From assembly GCF_009914755.1 (NCBI RefSeq), contig NC_060929.1: a DNA stretch of 64,000 bases; one strand, given 5' to 3'. The position numbers and the translations under genes are program-made. Positions 41,237 to 54,965 of this stretch are shown in pieces. Under the pieces are notes generated by a model. It had not been told where the DNA came from and did no database searches. It saw only the letters and a program-made list of their open reading frames with translations. Every line of letters starts with the position of its first letter. Within the stretch, counting starts at the first letter, position 1. This DNA comes from the human T2T-CHM13v2.0 reference genome, Homo sapiens.

Positions 41237-41753
41237 TGTCATATTGTTTTATACATATACATGTTTATATGTATGTGCATTTGTCTTGTATATAGATACT
41301 TTTTGCTCTGTGATATGTTTTATTCTAGCCTCTTTTTGTTTCTCTCAGTATAACTTTTAGTATTTAGGAAGTTTGTAATTTCGTTTTAAGAGTTTATCAC
41401 TTTGGGATTATATTTTTAGAATCACAATGAATTCACAGCTTAATTTGCAAATGACTGATTTATTTACAATACAGAGTCTTCCCATCCATAGTAATTACAT
41501 ATCTGTTTATTCATGTTTTCATGTCTTCTTTCAAGTCTTTCAGCAAAGTTTTATGTTTTCTTTAAGCTCCTGATATGGACATTACTTAGGTTTCTTCTAT
41601 AACATTTTACTGATGCTAGTTTCTGATGCAGTTATACATGAGCTTTTTCTCTATTTCACTTTCTAATTGGTTATTTCTGTCATAGTTAAGCTATCTATTT
41701 TGTATGTTGTCATCTTACTAGACTCTGTTTCTAGTTCAGTTTAATTAACTTTT

Positions 41754-42066
41754 AAAATTTATTTATTTATTTATTTATTTTGAGATGGAGTCTCACTATG
41801 TCACTCAGGCTGGAGTGCAGTGGTGCGATCTTGGCTCACGGCAACTTCTGCCTCCTGGGTTCAAGCGATTCTCCTGCCTCAGCCTTCCAAGTAGCTGAAA
41901 TTATAGGCACCCGCCACCACACCTGGCTAATTTTTGTATTTTCAGTAGAGATGAGGTTTCGCCATGTTGGCCAGGCTGGTCTTGAACCCCTGACCTCAGG
42001 CAAACCACCGGCCTCGGCCTCCCAAAGTGCTGGGATTACAGGCTAGAGCCACCACCGCACAAATCC
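41754..42066 (-). mobile_element. AluS
   Basis: Antisense Alu with an (ATTT)n tail; perfect TSD TAATTAACTTTT (41742-41753 / 42067-42078). Confidence 0.97.
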
Positions 42067-43519
42067 TAATTAACTTTTTATTTTGAGATACTTTTAGGTT
42101 CACCTGGAATTATAAGAAATAATGCAGAGAGATCCCTGTACTCTTTACTCAATTTGAAAATGCTAAAAATTCTAAAAATAGTTTTCTTATAATTTAATTA
42201 CGCCTTTGCAAATTCTGTTATTATGGCAGTTCTTTTTCAGCAACTGTCTATATATATATTTTATCATCTAAAACAAATCTAAATAACTTATTAAATTTTC
42301 TCAATACATTCTATGTAATCGTTGATATGAATTTCAAATTTTAAATGATATAAACTGAAATATAAATAGGCAAAAATCTGGCATAATTTCCATGCTGTTC
42401 TTTTGAAATAATAAATGCAAAACAAAGCATCTGACAGTTACCCAAGAGCCTGCTAATGTCTGAAGTATATAGACTCTATTATGAATCTACTTTTAAATTC
42501 TTAAATAAAATACAATGCATGATTCACATATTACCTGCTCACCAAAAAGTCATCATGCTCAGGAATGATTGGAGAACTCTCTAATGGTTGTTAGATTCCT
42601 GTTCATCCCAGTAGATAAATACCTTTTGCAACCATAAATGCTCAATAGGAAGCTAAAATACTGCTTTCATATTGACTTGGTGAGCATGTTTCATACTCTG
42701 ACAGCTGCCTTTCTTTCTCAAAAATGACATACTAACAACACATGCTAAATGTATTGAGATGTGAACAGAATATATAACATTTGTACTGAATTCATTATGT
42801 CTCCAGATGCTTTAGTTTAGAAAGAAAGGTGCAAGTGTGTTACTATTCATTTTAGGCATATATTGGTATATTTATATTAAAAAGAGATTAACATAAATAA
42901 AGCAATCAAATCTAAAAGAGTGGCATTTGGTTGGAACCTCTGAACAGCTTCCATTTTACCCATCATCCCCATTTTGCAGACCTCAATTTCGGTATGACAA
43001 CATAGTAACTAAACAAGAATGAATATTCTTTTCGTATTTTTCACTATAAGAAATTTCACAGGATAATAACTTTAGAAATAAATGAAGAGAAAATCTTATT
43101 TCAATTATACCTACAATGTCCCTACATTTGTATGTATTTAGACTTACTTTAATAAATAACATAATAAGATTTTTTACAAGAACGTAACCAACTCTGCATG
43201 CTCCTCTATGCTCCCTGCATAGATTTTTAAAAATTAAATATGGAGAATCAGAACCTATATGTATCTCATAATTAATCGTATATATGTAATGATGTTTTTC
43301 ATAGGCTGAAATTTTATCAACAAAATACAGATTACATGTTTGGTCAACAGTATGTGCATATTCACAAATGCCTGGTCCTCAAGAGAATGTAAGGATATAA
43401 CATAATAATATAGAGATGATTTGCCCATCTTACAAAGATAAAATACTGAAAATGCTTTCAAAGTTATGAAAGTTTACTTTAATCTTCAGTCATACTACAT
43501 TTTTCTATGATTTCTGGAT

Positions 43520-43872
43520 CACTGTTGTTTAATAGAAATAGAAATATAATGTTTAATAGAAATATAATAGAAATATTAAAAAATTAAAGGTAATTAATTT
43601 TTTAATATTCATTTTCAAAAGTTTAAAAGAAACATAAAAAATAATTCCAATAATATATTTTTATTAATCCAATATATTAAAAATATCATTTTAACATTTA
43701 ATAAATATTCAAAAATTATCACTGAGACTTTTTGTGTTGTATTTGTCATGCTTGCTCACTGAAATCTGGTGTGTATTTTACATATTCAACATATGTCAAT
43801 TCAGACTAGCCCGTTTCACTTGCCAATAGTCACATGTCATGTGGCTAGTGGGTACTATACTGGATAACTCTA
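43520..43872. mobile_element. MER33-like hAT-Charlie MITE
   Basis: GAAATCTGGTGTGTATTTTACA...CAATAGTCACATGT...GGCTAGTGGGTACTATACTGGA. Confidence 0.75.
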
Positions 43873-44238
43873 GATGAGGCAGATCATTATGCATTATACA
43901 GACTATGAATAAGTTCTGCGAATTATGAGGTACAGAAGGTGCCAATATTATCTCAAAAATAAACTGCACCCGGTACGTCACCTTGTAGTAAGGCATACAA
44001 TTTTACTGAATATAAGTCAGCCTAGAAATCAACAAAGTATATTGAAGCATAAACCAACAAAACAAAAATTGCCTGACATTTGGTGCCACCCTTAGAATCA
44101 CTCCTTCAGTCATAATTTAATTTGTCCACATTAAAAAGACATAGAAGTTACGGAAAGAAAAGAAAAGTTATATTTGAAAACGCTTCAAATTGTTTAAATA
44201 TTAAAATTTCTTTTTTTAAAGCCTATTTCAAAAGTAAG

Positions 44239-44451
44239 CAGGGTTTGGCAAAACTTTTTTGTAAAGGGCCATATATTAGATACTTTAGGGGTTTTTTTTG
44301 GCCATACAATCTCCATTACAACCACTCTACTCTGCAGTAGGAGTGGGAAATAAGCCATTGACAATATGTAAACAAATGCATGTACCTGTGTTCATATGAA
44401 ACTTTATTTACAAAAAAAAACAGATGATGGGGCCATAGTTTATCACCTCTG
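44239..44451. mobile_element. MER58A hAT-Charlie MITE
   Basis: CAGGGTTTGGCAAAAC...GTAAAGGGCC...ACAATATGTAAACAAATG...GCCATAGTTTATCACCTCTG. Confidence 0.85.
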
Positions 44452-45951
44452 GTTTAGACTACCTTCCTTGCAAGTAAAAGAGCTCAAACTTGTTGCATAT
44501 TTATTGGAAGGAGCAGGAAAAATAATCGTAGTCCGGATGTTCAGAAGATGTTGGCAGGAACCTATTTTCTCTCTATTTCTTGGTCATTTGCCTCTCCAGG
44601 TTGAATGCTCTTATGACACATGATCTCAGAAGGTGAGAAAAAAAACTCTCTGTCTTCTAGCAACTACATCAGTTCTTGAAAGGATATTGAGGCCTTGCTT
44701 AAGCCATTTTCCTATCCTTGGATCAATCAACATTCCAGGCCACTCACTGCTCAGCCCTGCTCACATGCCTACCTCTATAAAAGAAGAAGGAGGGACATTT
44801 GATTGCTAGACTAGCTAGATGAGAGAGAAGCAATTAACAAAAGGCCAAAAAGTCCACATAATTTATGAGAGAAAAGGAAAGTATAGGGCAGGGATAAATT
44901 ACAGTGTTCACTATGATGGTTTTGCATACCTTCAACCTTAGATTGAAGGCAATTGCTAAAGACAATATTGCCCAAAAGCCTAATGTTTTGCAATGAAATT
45001 CTTTAATAAATATATATATATTAATGATATATTAATGACAAATTGGAAGCTACTCACCAATATCATTATATCTCAGGACATTCTCATTACTGACCCTTAA
45101 CTCCAGTGGAAACAAAGGAATACTAAGAGGAACCAAGACTTTTTCATCTGAAAGTGTCAGGCACTCAAGTGAAATAGGGGACAAACACAGATTTTAGGTA
45201 TGATAATAGCCTCCTGATAAGCAAAAGACAAATGTACAGAGTATAGTAACAGATACCCAGTGGTACATACTGGAGGAAAATCACCAGAGTGGAAATTTCT
45301 AACAGGTTGGTCAAGAAATAAGTCATATGATCTAGATCAAGGGAATGTATCCTGAATCAGGTCACTGGCAATTGCAAGAATGCAATTCCAGCCTTACAGC
45401 ATTTCAGTTGCTATTCAGGTTTCTAAAACATGGTTTCAGATACCAGGGCCAGAAAGAAGAATGAATATTAGGTTTCAGAAGAAAAAGCACAACAGTGTTA
45501 AGTGCTGCTGAAGGTAATGCTAGCAATTAATACCTGGCTGTCATTCTGGAGTTCCTTTTCTCTCTTCCATCCAAGGTCAAGATTTTCCTAACATATAACA
45601 CAAGGCTGTGCCTAAAGTGAATGACTGATTCTTCAATGAGGGAAGAAGACACAGAAGCTAAAAACAAGGTAGGGTCTTAAGACTAGAGGATATTTTTAAA
45701 GATTGTAAATAAAGTTTCTACTCTTGGAAATAGTTGCCTTTTAATTTTTAATGATAATTTAAGTTCTACAGGCAATAAATAGAAATTTGATAGTGTTTTG
45801 AAGCTTATCTGTAAAAGTAATATTTAATTGTTTTCCATGACGTATTTCTAGGTTATATCCTGATACATAATAGAAATGGAAATATTTTCTATGGTACAAT
45901 GCTGAGAAAATAAAGCTTCAATATCATAGAAAATAGTTTCCATTTCAACCG

Positions 45952-46398
45952 TGTACTAATTAGGGCATCACCTGAATTGCTGTAATAAAGGGACCCCAAA
46001 ATACAGTGGCTTAAATATGACAGGATGTATTTTTCTCTAACATAACCCAAAGTAGGGTGGTCTGGTCACCAAGTTTCTGCAGGTTCCCAGGCTGTCAGGA
46101 GAGCTCAGCCAACATCAACATTCATTTCCATCACTAAGTCCAAGGAAACTGCCAGTTGTCACCTGTTTTCAGTCTGTGAGAAGCAGAAAAGACAAAAGAA
46201 TTTAAGAACAGCAGTTTCTTAATAAGGACGTTGCAAGGAGGAAGCATCACATATCTTATCCAGTTATATCTCACGGTGAGAGCTTTGTCATAGGACCTTC
46301 CCTAGGTGGGTAGCTACGGAGAGGTTGAAGTGGGTTGGAGTTCTATTAAATAAGAAGAAAGACTGGATGTTGGAGCTTGATTAGCAATATCTGCTACC
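45952..46398 (-). mobile_element. Old MLT1 (K/L-like) LTR
   Basis: TTGCTGTAATAAAGGGACCCCAAAATACAGTGGCTTAAAT resembles the antisense MLT1 3' end. Confidence 0.6.
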
Positions 46399-46399
46399 A

Positions 46400-47105
46400 A
46401 TTATTCATGCCTTTAGCTTGCATTTAATAAGTACCTAATGGGGGTCAATTACCACTCAAAACATTTAAAAATGATTTTAAACAAATAGAATGTAGCCCTT
46501 GCTCTTGAGAAACACATGGTATAGTGAAGATGTCCATGGAAACAATTTTAGCAAAGTAACTGTATTTTTTTGGAGTATGTATATGAGGTTCTCCGAGCAT
46601 GGAGGATAAAGCACTACTGTCCACATGAGAAACTCAAGAAAAGATTCCTAGTGGAAGTAGTGCAGTGTTTGAACTGAATCTTTCAAAATGATTAAAAGTT
46701 TACTAGGTAAAGTAAGAAAGAGTGCTTTGGTCAGCAAAGGCTAAACAGAACACTGGCTTTGGGGGGTGGGATAGATCTATTTCAGTGTGTGTGTGTGTGT
46801 ACATGCATGCACATGGATATATGTTTGTGTTAAAGCAGAGAAGTCGAGTGGGGGGAATGATGAATGACAGAATATGAGTCAAAAGGTATACAAGGACCGT
46901 ATTATGGGTGGCCTTGTGAGGAATTTGGAGTGGATTATGAAGCCATTGCAAGACTTTAAGCAACAGAGAGATGTGGTTCATTGGCATTTCAGAAATTTCA
47001 TTTTGGTTGAAGTCTTCTCTTACAAGGGCTTCGAGGGAAGAAATATTCTTCATTTTGATGTAATTCAACAAATATTTATTGAACACTGTCTTTGTGCCAG
47101 CCCTA
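46400..47105 (-). mobile_element. L2 fragments
   Basis: GAAGCCATTGCAAGACTTTAAGCAACAGAGAG and ATTCAACAAATATTTATTGAACAC...TGTGCCAG. Confidence 0.65.
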
Positions 47106-47843
47106 TTTCCTCCTTGTTACCCTAGAAAAAGCCAACTTTCAGTGAAATTTGTTGTCTGAAGACATTTCCCTGTGTGACAAATTCTCTCTTGGGACATACC
47201 CTAGTCTTTAGAGGACAGAAAGGGTGAGAGAGAGTGGATCCTAAGTAAAATATAATCTTTCACTTATACAGGTCTCCAGTTTCAGCCCCATTGAGTTATC
47301 ATAGCAGACTCATCAGGTTCTCATGTAAACAAACAAACAAAAACAAAACAAAATCTTCCAGCAAGTATACCCCTCTAGGTTTCAGACATGACCTGAATTC
47401 CAAAGGTGAGCAAAATTGAGAGGGAATCAATAAAAGCATCATATCTTATCAGGAAGTTGGTCTATCACCCATGAGAGCAGTACTGAATTTCATGGCTGGA
47501 TATCATTTTATTTATTGTGACTACAGAAGAAATGATAGTATCAGATGCCAGGAAATTACTACTCTCAGTTACTTAAGAAGAGAACCAGCTCCACGGTTTT
47601 GCATAATCTGTCACCACTCTTTATGGGTGAAAAGAACTTGAATTGGGAATTTTATCACTGTATAATTAGATCTGGCTAGATATATTCCAAACTATTTATT
47701 TCTATCTTTTGTGTAAAATCTTTATTCTACTTTCTAATGACTTCAGTCAACTCGTTAAAAACTATTACAGTAATGAAGATATTAAAATACAAAAAAATGA
47801 AATAAACAAATTCTGGAAATACCCTCCAGAATATTTATTTTCA

Positions 47844-47857
47844 CCACCAGATGGCAT
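47844..47857 (+). promoter_or_regulatory. CTCF motif
   Basis: CCACCAGATGGCAT, matching the CTCF core; motif match only. Confidence 0.5.
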
Positions 47858-48060
47858 TATTTAGTTTTCTTAAGGTTAAAGAAAAACTACTAGCATAATA
47901 CCATCAGCAATAGTTTAATATGAATGAACGATCTTGTCTCAAACAAAAAAAAAATCATCAAAGAAATGAATTAATGTCTGTCCTTTGTTCCAGCGCCATC
48001 CATCTGTACATAATGTTGCTTCCTTTGAAATCAGTTGAAGATTAAATATGTATAAGGTAC

Positions 48061-48076
48061 ACACTAGGGGGCACTG
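48061..48076 (+). promoter_or_regulatory. CTCF-like motif
   Basis: ACACTAGGGGGCACTG, one mismatch at the first core base; motif match only. Confidence 0.45.
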
Positions 48077-50059
48077 AGATAGGAAAATAGGGCCACACGT
48101 GCCCATGTTTGGAAACAGATGGTTTGAAAGTGAATAAAGATAATTAATAATAATGATGTCTTGCCTGCATGAAGCAGCTGTCCTCCCCAGAACTCAAGAG
48201 CTTCTTTCATTCCCTCATTTATCCTCCCAACACCTAGTCATGACATCAACAATGGAATGGATGCATCTATTTGTTTTGTTTGGTTTTTGGAGTTTTTTTT
48301 TTTTAACCTCCATACAGTAATAACCCTTTCTTACGCAACAGACCTACATCGTTAGATGGTTACAATCGCAACATATGTAAATACCTTGCAGGTTGTGCTA
48401 AATAATGGAACTAAAACTTTCATACCACAAATACATAAAACTGCTTGAGTTTGTGGGAAAGGAAGGCAGAATAACTTGGAAATATCTGTTATAGAAATTC
48501 AGACCTGAGAGTACTACTCTATGTGACAGATAGCTTTTTTAAATGTGGATTGAGATTGAGATATGTTATTCATATAAGATTTGAACTAGAATAAAAGGTA
48601 TCTGATTATTAAATTAGATAACATTTTTGTTTGATTTTTCCCCACTGAACTATACTACTTCCTTTTCAGAATCCCAAGTCTTGTGAATATTAAGGGACCT
48701 ACAACCTTGTTTTCTAAGAAACATTAGAACTTGAAATCATAATTGTTTACGTGTTAATCTAAGGAGAGTTTTAATTTTTTAAACATCTATTTACTGAGAA
48801 GTTGTTATCTGATAAGAGTATACCAGCTCAGGAAGCAATAATTTTTTTAAAGGTAAATTTAAATTGTCAGTACTTTAGAAGAAATTAACTTAAAACTTGT
48901 GTCCCATTATGTGCTAAAACAGTGTCTCAAAAAGCAGAAACTACAACTGTTAGGACCCTAACAGAAGAGAATGGAGTAGGTCCGAAACTCCTTTTTAAAA
49001 AATGCTAGCTAGATCCTTTGATCTATAATTTTCTTCTCTTCTATTATCCAGTGGGCTGCTTCCAACTTTTCACTCCAGCCCCATTTTCTCCTTCTCCCAA
49101 ACCTGCAAATGTCCCCAGCTGACGAGGACAGCCATCAATTACTGGGTGTTTTTTGCTCCTTTATTGAATAGAGATCATAGGATGCCTCAAAGGGAATAAA
49201 AACCTTCAGAATTAATGCCCAACAGATACAGCCCCCTTCCCTTAAGCAAGGCCCTTGAAGTTATTACTAGTTCCTACAAAGATTTAATCCATTATTTTGA
49301 AATGGTATTATGATTTCTTTTTCTAATTCTGTAGATCCCTTCTTGCAATAGAATTGCAAGAGAAGCGTTATTTTCCCATAAATCACAGTATCTATTACCT
49401 CCCTTTAACTCTCTTCCCTTTAATTGCTGCCAATTCTGAATACACTTCTACAGCTTGCATGATATTATTGGGATGTGAATGACCTGCATCAAAGAAACCT
49501 GAAGAGACATTAGGATTTCTGGGTCATGAAATCAGCGCCAGTTTAACAACGAATGTCAAATAAACCCAAATCATCCCAAGGTCTGCATGAGATTTGGGCT
49601 AGTTTTTTGGTTAATTGCTGGTCTAATGAATCTTTGGAATGACCCAGCAGTCCAGAACACTTTTCTAAGCTCTTACTAGTTCTGAGAGTGTCACGTTTGA
49701 ATCCACAGTCATTATTTACTTTATGTCTCTTGAATAGTTACAGGCCTTACTTCCCCCATACAGTCCCAAATCTTTACCCCAGCCAACACATGAAATTATT
49801 CATCATTCAAAAACCTTTTACTAATGTTCTACTACGTTGCAGACACTGTAGTCTATACAAAAAACATAATAAAAAGAATAAAACTTAGATTCTCAAGCGC
49901 TTAGATTCTAATGACTTTTGGGGAAATATCAGAGAGTAATTGTCAGGCAAGAGAAGTGTCAAGTAACCTGGATATGAGAACAGGAGTTCTATAGAGCTCC
50001 AACCTATTCCTTTTTAAAGCTGTTTAATTTTCTACTTCAAATTCAGAGCCAATAGATGC

Positions 50060-50275
50060 TAAAGGAAAGAGTGTGTTGTCAGATGAGTTCAAATTCCATG
50101 ATTTATACTTACTCTTGGGTGACTTGGGTAAGTTATTTTAATTCTCTCAGCTTTCCTTTTCTCACCAAGTTTATGAAGACAGACGACGACTACCTCGCCA
50201 GATGGCTGGGAGGATTAAATGAGATGGTATCTGGAAAACACTTAACAATATGCTTGGCCTTCTACCAAATGTCTA
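50060..50275 (+). mobile_element. MIR
   Basis: GAGTTCAAATTCC...GGGTGACTTGGGTAAGTTATTTTAATTCTCTCAGC...GGAGGATTAAATGAGAT. Confidence 0.8.
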
Positions 50276-50294
50276 CTAAGGACATCTTAGGGTT

Positions 50295-50515
50295 AGCATT
50301 TATTGATCAGCATTTTTTGAGACCAGGATCTTTGCCAGGTAATTGCTCATCTACTAGCTCATGACTTCTACACATCAGCTTGGAGGTAATCCTTATTATT
50401 CTCATATCAAAAGGAGACTCAGAAAGGCGGCTTGCCTAATGTTACACAGCTAGCAAGTTGTAGGGCTAGACTCAAAATCATGCCTTTTCATTTCAAGCTC
50501 AGGGTTTTTTCTTTA
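50295..50515 (-). mobile_element. MIR (tail-to-tail with the previous MIR)
   Basis: AGCATTTATTGA...GAGACTCAGAAAGG...TTACACAGCTAGCAAGT. Confidence 0.65.
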
Positions 50516-52876
50516 TACATTTTCAAGGAATACAACATTGTCTTGGAAAAGACATTCCCCAGAGGACTTTCACAGGTGCTCAGAGTTATTTAGTCCAGTT
50601 CTGCAACCCCACAGGTCAAAGTTGTGTTGCTGAAACCTGCCCTTGTCAGGTTTATGTAGGGAAGATAGAATAAAGCCTCCTCCCTTGAGGTGAGGCAGAG
50701 AGCATTTATGCTTTTCCCCACAGAGCGTATGTTGCCACAGTCTGCAGAATAAGAAGGAAAGAATTGAGTTGATTGTTCTTTGTGCAGTAATGAGATGGGT
50801 GGATTCCCAAAGTTATTGGTACCCCAAATGTGATGGAGCAATTGGCATAGCCAGGTACATAGAAGTGTTTCTCTATGCCTGCTCTTTAGAACAAACCCTC
50901 AAAGGAGACAAAAGCTTCAGCATGAAAGGCATGAGAGCAAGCAACAAATGCCAGAAGCCTATCAAAGGACTCGGATACCTTTAAGATAAGCTCTTAGCTC
51001 TGAACTAAACTGTTCTCTGAACTAAAGCTCTTCTGTGAAATAAGGCCAGCATTCTACCTGAATTTGCCTTTAGAGATGAATCACATGATGAAAGGCAGAT
51101 GTGTCCATGTATCATTAATGAACTCAGAATCTGATGCTTGTATTAGTAAATGTCTTGATTCAAAACAGTATTGAGAGCAGAATGTCTAATAGGTAAATTA
51201 TCAGTTGGATTTATTTTAGCACTGTAAATTCACCATCCATCATTCATGTGCCAAGAGCTACCTGGTAACAGTTTTCATTCATCCACCTTAGTGGGTTGGA
51301 GAATACTAATTGCTCTATTTTATTTTCACTTTTACTCAGCATCCTATTTCCCAACTCTTATCTATCATTGATAAGATTTTTAATTTACTGAACAGGAAAT
51401 TTGATTCTAAACTCAGTGTAATACTTTGCATATACATTAGCAATATATAACATTCTTTGGAACTCAGCAAATATTTAAATTTTAAAAAATATTTTATACG
51501 CATAGATGGTTTGAAATCAATGTCCTTAAATATTAGCAATTAAATGAAATATTGTGCTGCTCTTCAGAATTTTAACTTTACTTTCAATTTTTTTAATAGA
51601 ATTTAAGGCATTGCTGATTAGTGTGTGAGTTTGTGTGTATATGTGTATAGCAGGGTTCATAAAGCATTAGATCCCCCAATATTTCTAGAAAAGAATTATG
51701 TCTTGAATATATCTTTGTTTACTCCCAATTCATTGTTTTTACAATGGTGTTCTCAACTACTCTTGACCCAGATTTTTCACCTTAGTTGCCTCCCTTGAAT
51801 ACTCCCACATCATGCAGTACATATTTCACTTCAACCCTTTTTTAAACTCAGAACTTGAACTGTCACAATTTTCCATTCCCAGCGCCATTTAGGAGTCATG
51901 AAGGAACACCTTCTCTTGGCTTCTCATTTCTAAAGGTCCCAATGCCTTCCAAAGGTGCTGCTTTGGCCTACCTCCTTCATAAACATCTGTCAATTACCTT
52001 CATAATGACAATGCTGCCTTCATCTATAACTTCCAGAAACTTCTCCCACCTTTCTAGATAATATGGTACTGAGCACACATTTTTCTTCACAACCGCCATT
52101 ATTTGTCATCATTCTAAGTAACAAAAAATGTATTTATGAATTATGAGCCACCTCAGTATCATGCTATTCATGCCCCTCCTTTCATCAATGACATGCATCT
52201 ACCTCTATCTCTGGACATTTACCTTGCGGACGGATCACATTATCTAAAAGCACTACACTACAACCAAGATATCAAGTTCACTGCACTTTTTCTCCACCAC
52301 AGCCTCTTTCTCCTCACAACTCATAGAACTCCTTCCTCTCGTGCTTTGCAGTCACTCAAACCTCTACACTTTACTCCATCCTTGATGCCCTTTTGGCTTT
52401 ACTTGGTCCTTTTGTCTACTGAATCTGTGGGTTAACTTTTGTAGAGATTCTCTCTCTTACTTAAATATCCAACAATATGCTAAGATCCACAAAGAGCAGA
52501 AAAAATGTGATATGTAATCCTTATTCATAAGCAGTTTACAGCTTAAGAGAGGAGTTAAGAAATTTGTGTGTGGATGTTTCTACTTATTTCTTTTTCAAAG
52601 TAATGACAATAACTTTTGCCTTAATTTTCCTCAGCGTTAACACAGTCTTCTTTCCAGTCATCTGGCTTCTTAACTGTAAACTCCATTTTCACATTTGAAA
52701 AAATACTTACGCCTGAAGTATAGAGAACTAGAGAAAAATGACTTCAGTTTGCTCTCTTTTCTTATAGTGATCTTATAAAATGTTCTTGCATCCATTTGGA
52801 AAGGATTTTTCCTTAATTATTTTGAATACTGTCTTTAAATTTTGTGGCAATTAAAATTAAGAACTGGTTAGCCACT

Positions 52877-53404
52877 TGTGATGGTTAATTTTATGTGCGA
52901 ACTTGTTTAGGTTGACGTGCCCAAATTTTTGGTCAAACACCAGTCTACACATTGATACGAAAATATATTTTAGGTATGTTTAACATTTAAATTGTTAGAC
53001 TTGGAGTAAAGCAGATCACTCTCCATAATGTGGTTTGGTCTTACCTAATCAGTTAAAGGCCATAAGAGAAAACACTGAGGTCTATCAAGGAAGAAGGAAT
53101 TCCACTAGCAGACTGCCTTCAGACTGGAGCCACAACATGAACTCTTCCCTGGATTTCCAGCCTGCCATCCTTCCACGCAGATTTTAGAATTGCCAACTCC
53201 CACGATCATATAAGCCAATTACTCGAAATAATCTCTTGAAATATATATATATATATCAAGATTATATATACATATCAAGATAACATATAGATATATCAAG
53301 ATAATATATAGAGATATATATCTCAAGATGATATAAATATATAATATCAAGATAATATATAGATACATAGATCTCATTTGTTCTAGAGGAACTTAACTAA
53401 TGTA
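52877..53404 (+). mobile_element. MLT2 (C/D-like) solo LTR
   Basis: TGTGATGGTTAATTTTATGTG...GGAGTAAAGCAGATCACTCTCCATAATGTGG...GGAACTTAACTAAT; flanks CCACT/CCACA. Confidence 0.88.
53240..53372. repeat. AT-rich minisatellite, about 21-25 bp unit
   Basis: Five TCAAGAT cores with ATATATAG-like spacers. Confidence 0.8.
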
Positions 53405-53484
53405 CCACATTATACTGTGTGAGCAGCTTATGATAAAATAATATTCTTTGATACAGAAATCTTTATTGTTATGAAATCATCAAG

Positions 53485-53529
53485 AAATTCTGCTGCTTGG
53501 TTTGTTTCACAAACCAAGCAGCATAATTT
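53485..53529. repeat. Inverted repeat / hairpin
   Basis: TGCTGCTTGGTTTGT-TTC-ACAAACCAAGCAGCA is a perfect 15-bp stem, extendable to 21 bp with one mismatch. Confidence 0.95.
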
Positions 53530-54737
53530 TCATTATTAAAATTCTATTAAAAACAGAAAAATCTAATTGCAGCATTAATAATCAAATATTTGGCAAAATT
53601 CAACATGTTGGTTTCATTTAAATAAATTGAATTAACTGTTGCTTCTCCTTGGGTAATGGGATTATCAAGATAAGTACAGAGTTTCAAATATGGCAGAAAG
53701 TGACTTATAAATAGCACTCAAAAATTCACATCAATCTCTCACCTATACATTAATTCACCAGTGAATTATAAATATCTATTTTTTTCAACAAATTTTGTGG
53801 TTTCTGTTTTTAGTTTATGAGGCAAAAAGCACCAGAGCAACATTAGCACATAAAGTAGAGAAGAAATTTTTCACTGCTTACTTACTGCCAGTCACATTCG
53901 AATAAGAAAGACAAGGATTTGCTAGACTAAGGGAAAACATGGCTCTAACCCAATATGATTCATTTCTCAGGGTTGGAAGGACAAAGAAGACATTGTGTCT
54001 TGGATGTCTTTTTGTTGTTGTTATTGTTATAGCACAATAGAAAACTAATCATAGCTAATACTAAAAACAAATCGTGTTAGTAAAATGAACTGTAATTGGA
54101 AACAGAACAGATCTCACAGAAGATGGAAGGGCAAGAAATCAAGCCACAATAGGAGGAGACCTGGGAGGAACTTAATGAGTTCAAGTCTGTAGTGCCTGAT
54201 TATTTTCATAATGAAGTGTTTATGAAATTACCAGAGACCTTATGGGTCAAATGGCTGTTGTGTTTGAGAACTTGAACAAGATTGGACAGGTTTAAGAAGG
54301 TTCAAAAGAACCTCTACTTCTGCTTCAAAAAGGAAAATGCAGTAATAACCTAGAAAATCATAAAGCAAAAAACTTAGCTGGAAAGAATAGTGAGAGGAAA
54401 TCAAGCAAAAATGATTGGCAAGACCCTTATAAAAAACAGGGCAATGGGTGATTATCTGTTTATTTTCTTAAATAATAAATGTAAAATAATAATTTAATCA
54501 ATGGTAAGGTGTTGGTCCTGGCATATTAGAGCGGAGATACAGATTTTAGTCTCTTGAAAATTTACTTAAGATCCTGCATGATACTCTCCATCAATATTAC
54601 AGGAAAATAAGTTTCCGCATGGCAGCTATAGTATCTGCTAATTTATCAAACATAATTGGAAAATGAGGTCTACTCTCCTTCTTTTCCACAGTGAAATTTT
54701 TAGATGAGTTAGGAAAAGAGATGTTGAAATATCTATA

Positions 54738-54965
54738 GAGAGGCATTATGACACAGTTACGTGTGCAGACTTGCTATTCAAACACCTTAAGTTTAAATCC
54801 TCATTCTGTTTCTTACAAGGAATGCGATCTTGGGCAATTTGCACAATCTCCCCAAGATTCACTTTCCTTATCTACAAAATGGGAATAATAATAGTATCAT
54901 CTAATGAAAAATTAATGGGATTATACAAGTAAAAGACTTGGCAGAGTGACTGCTCAATTAATGAT
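54738..54965 (+). mobile_element. MIR
   Basis: GTTTAAATCCTCATTCTG...GATCTTGGGCAATT...CACTTTCCTTATCTACAAAATGGGAATAATAATAGTA. Confidence 0.8.

Noticed and set aside
40953-42066. Adjacent Alu pair as an editing hairpin
   Set aside because: Both are on the minus strand (direct orientation), so they cannot pair.
53485-53531. Hairpin plus T run as an intrinsic terminator
   Set aside because: Eukaryotic context with no upstream gene; reported only as a palindrome.
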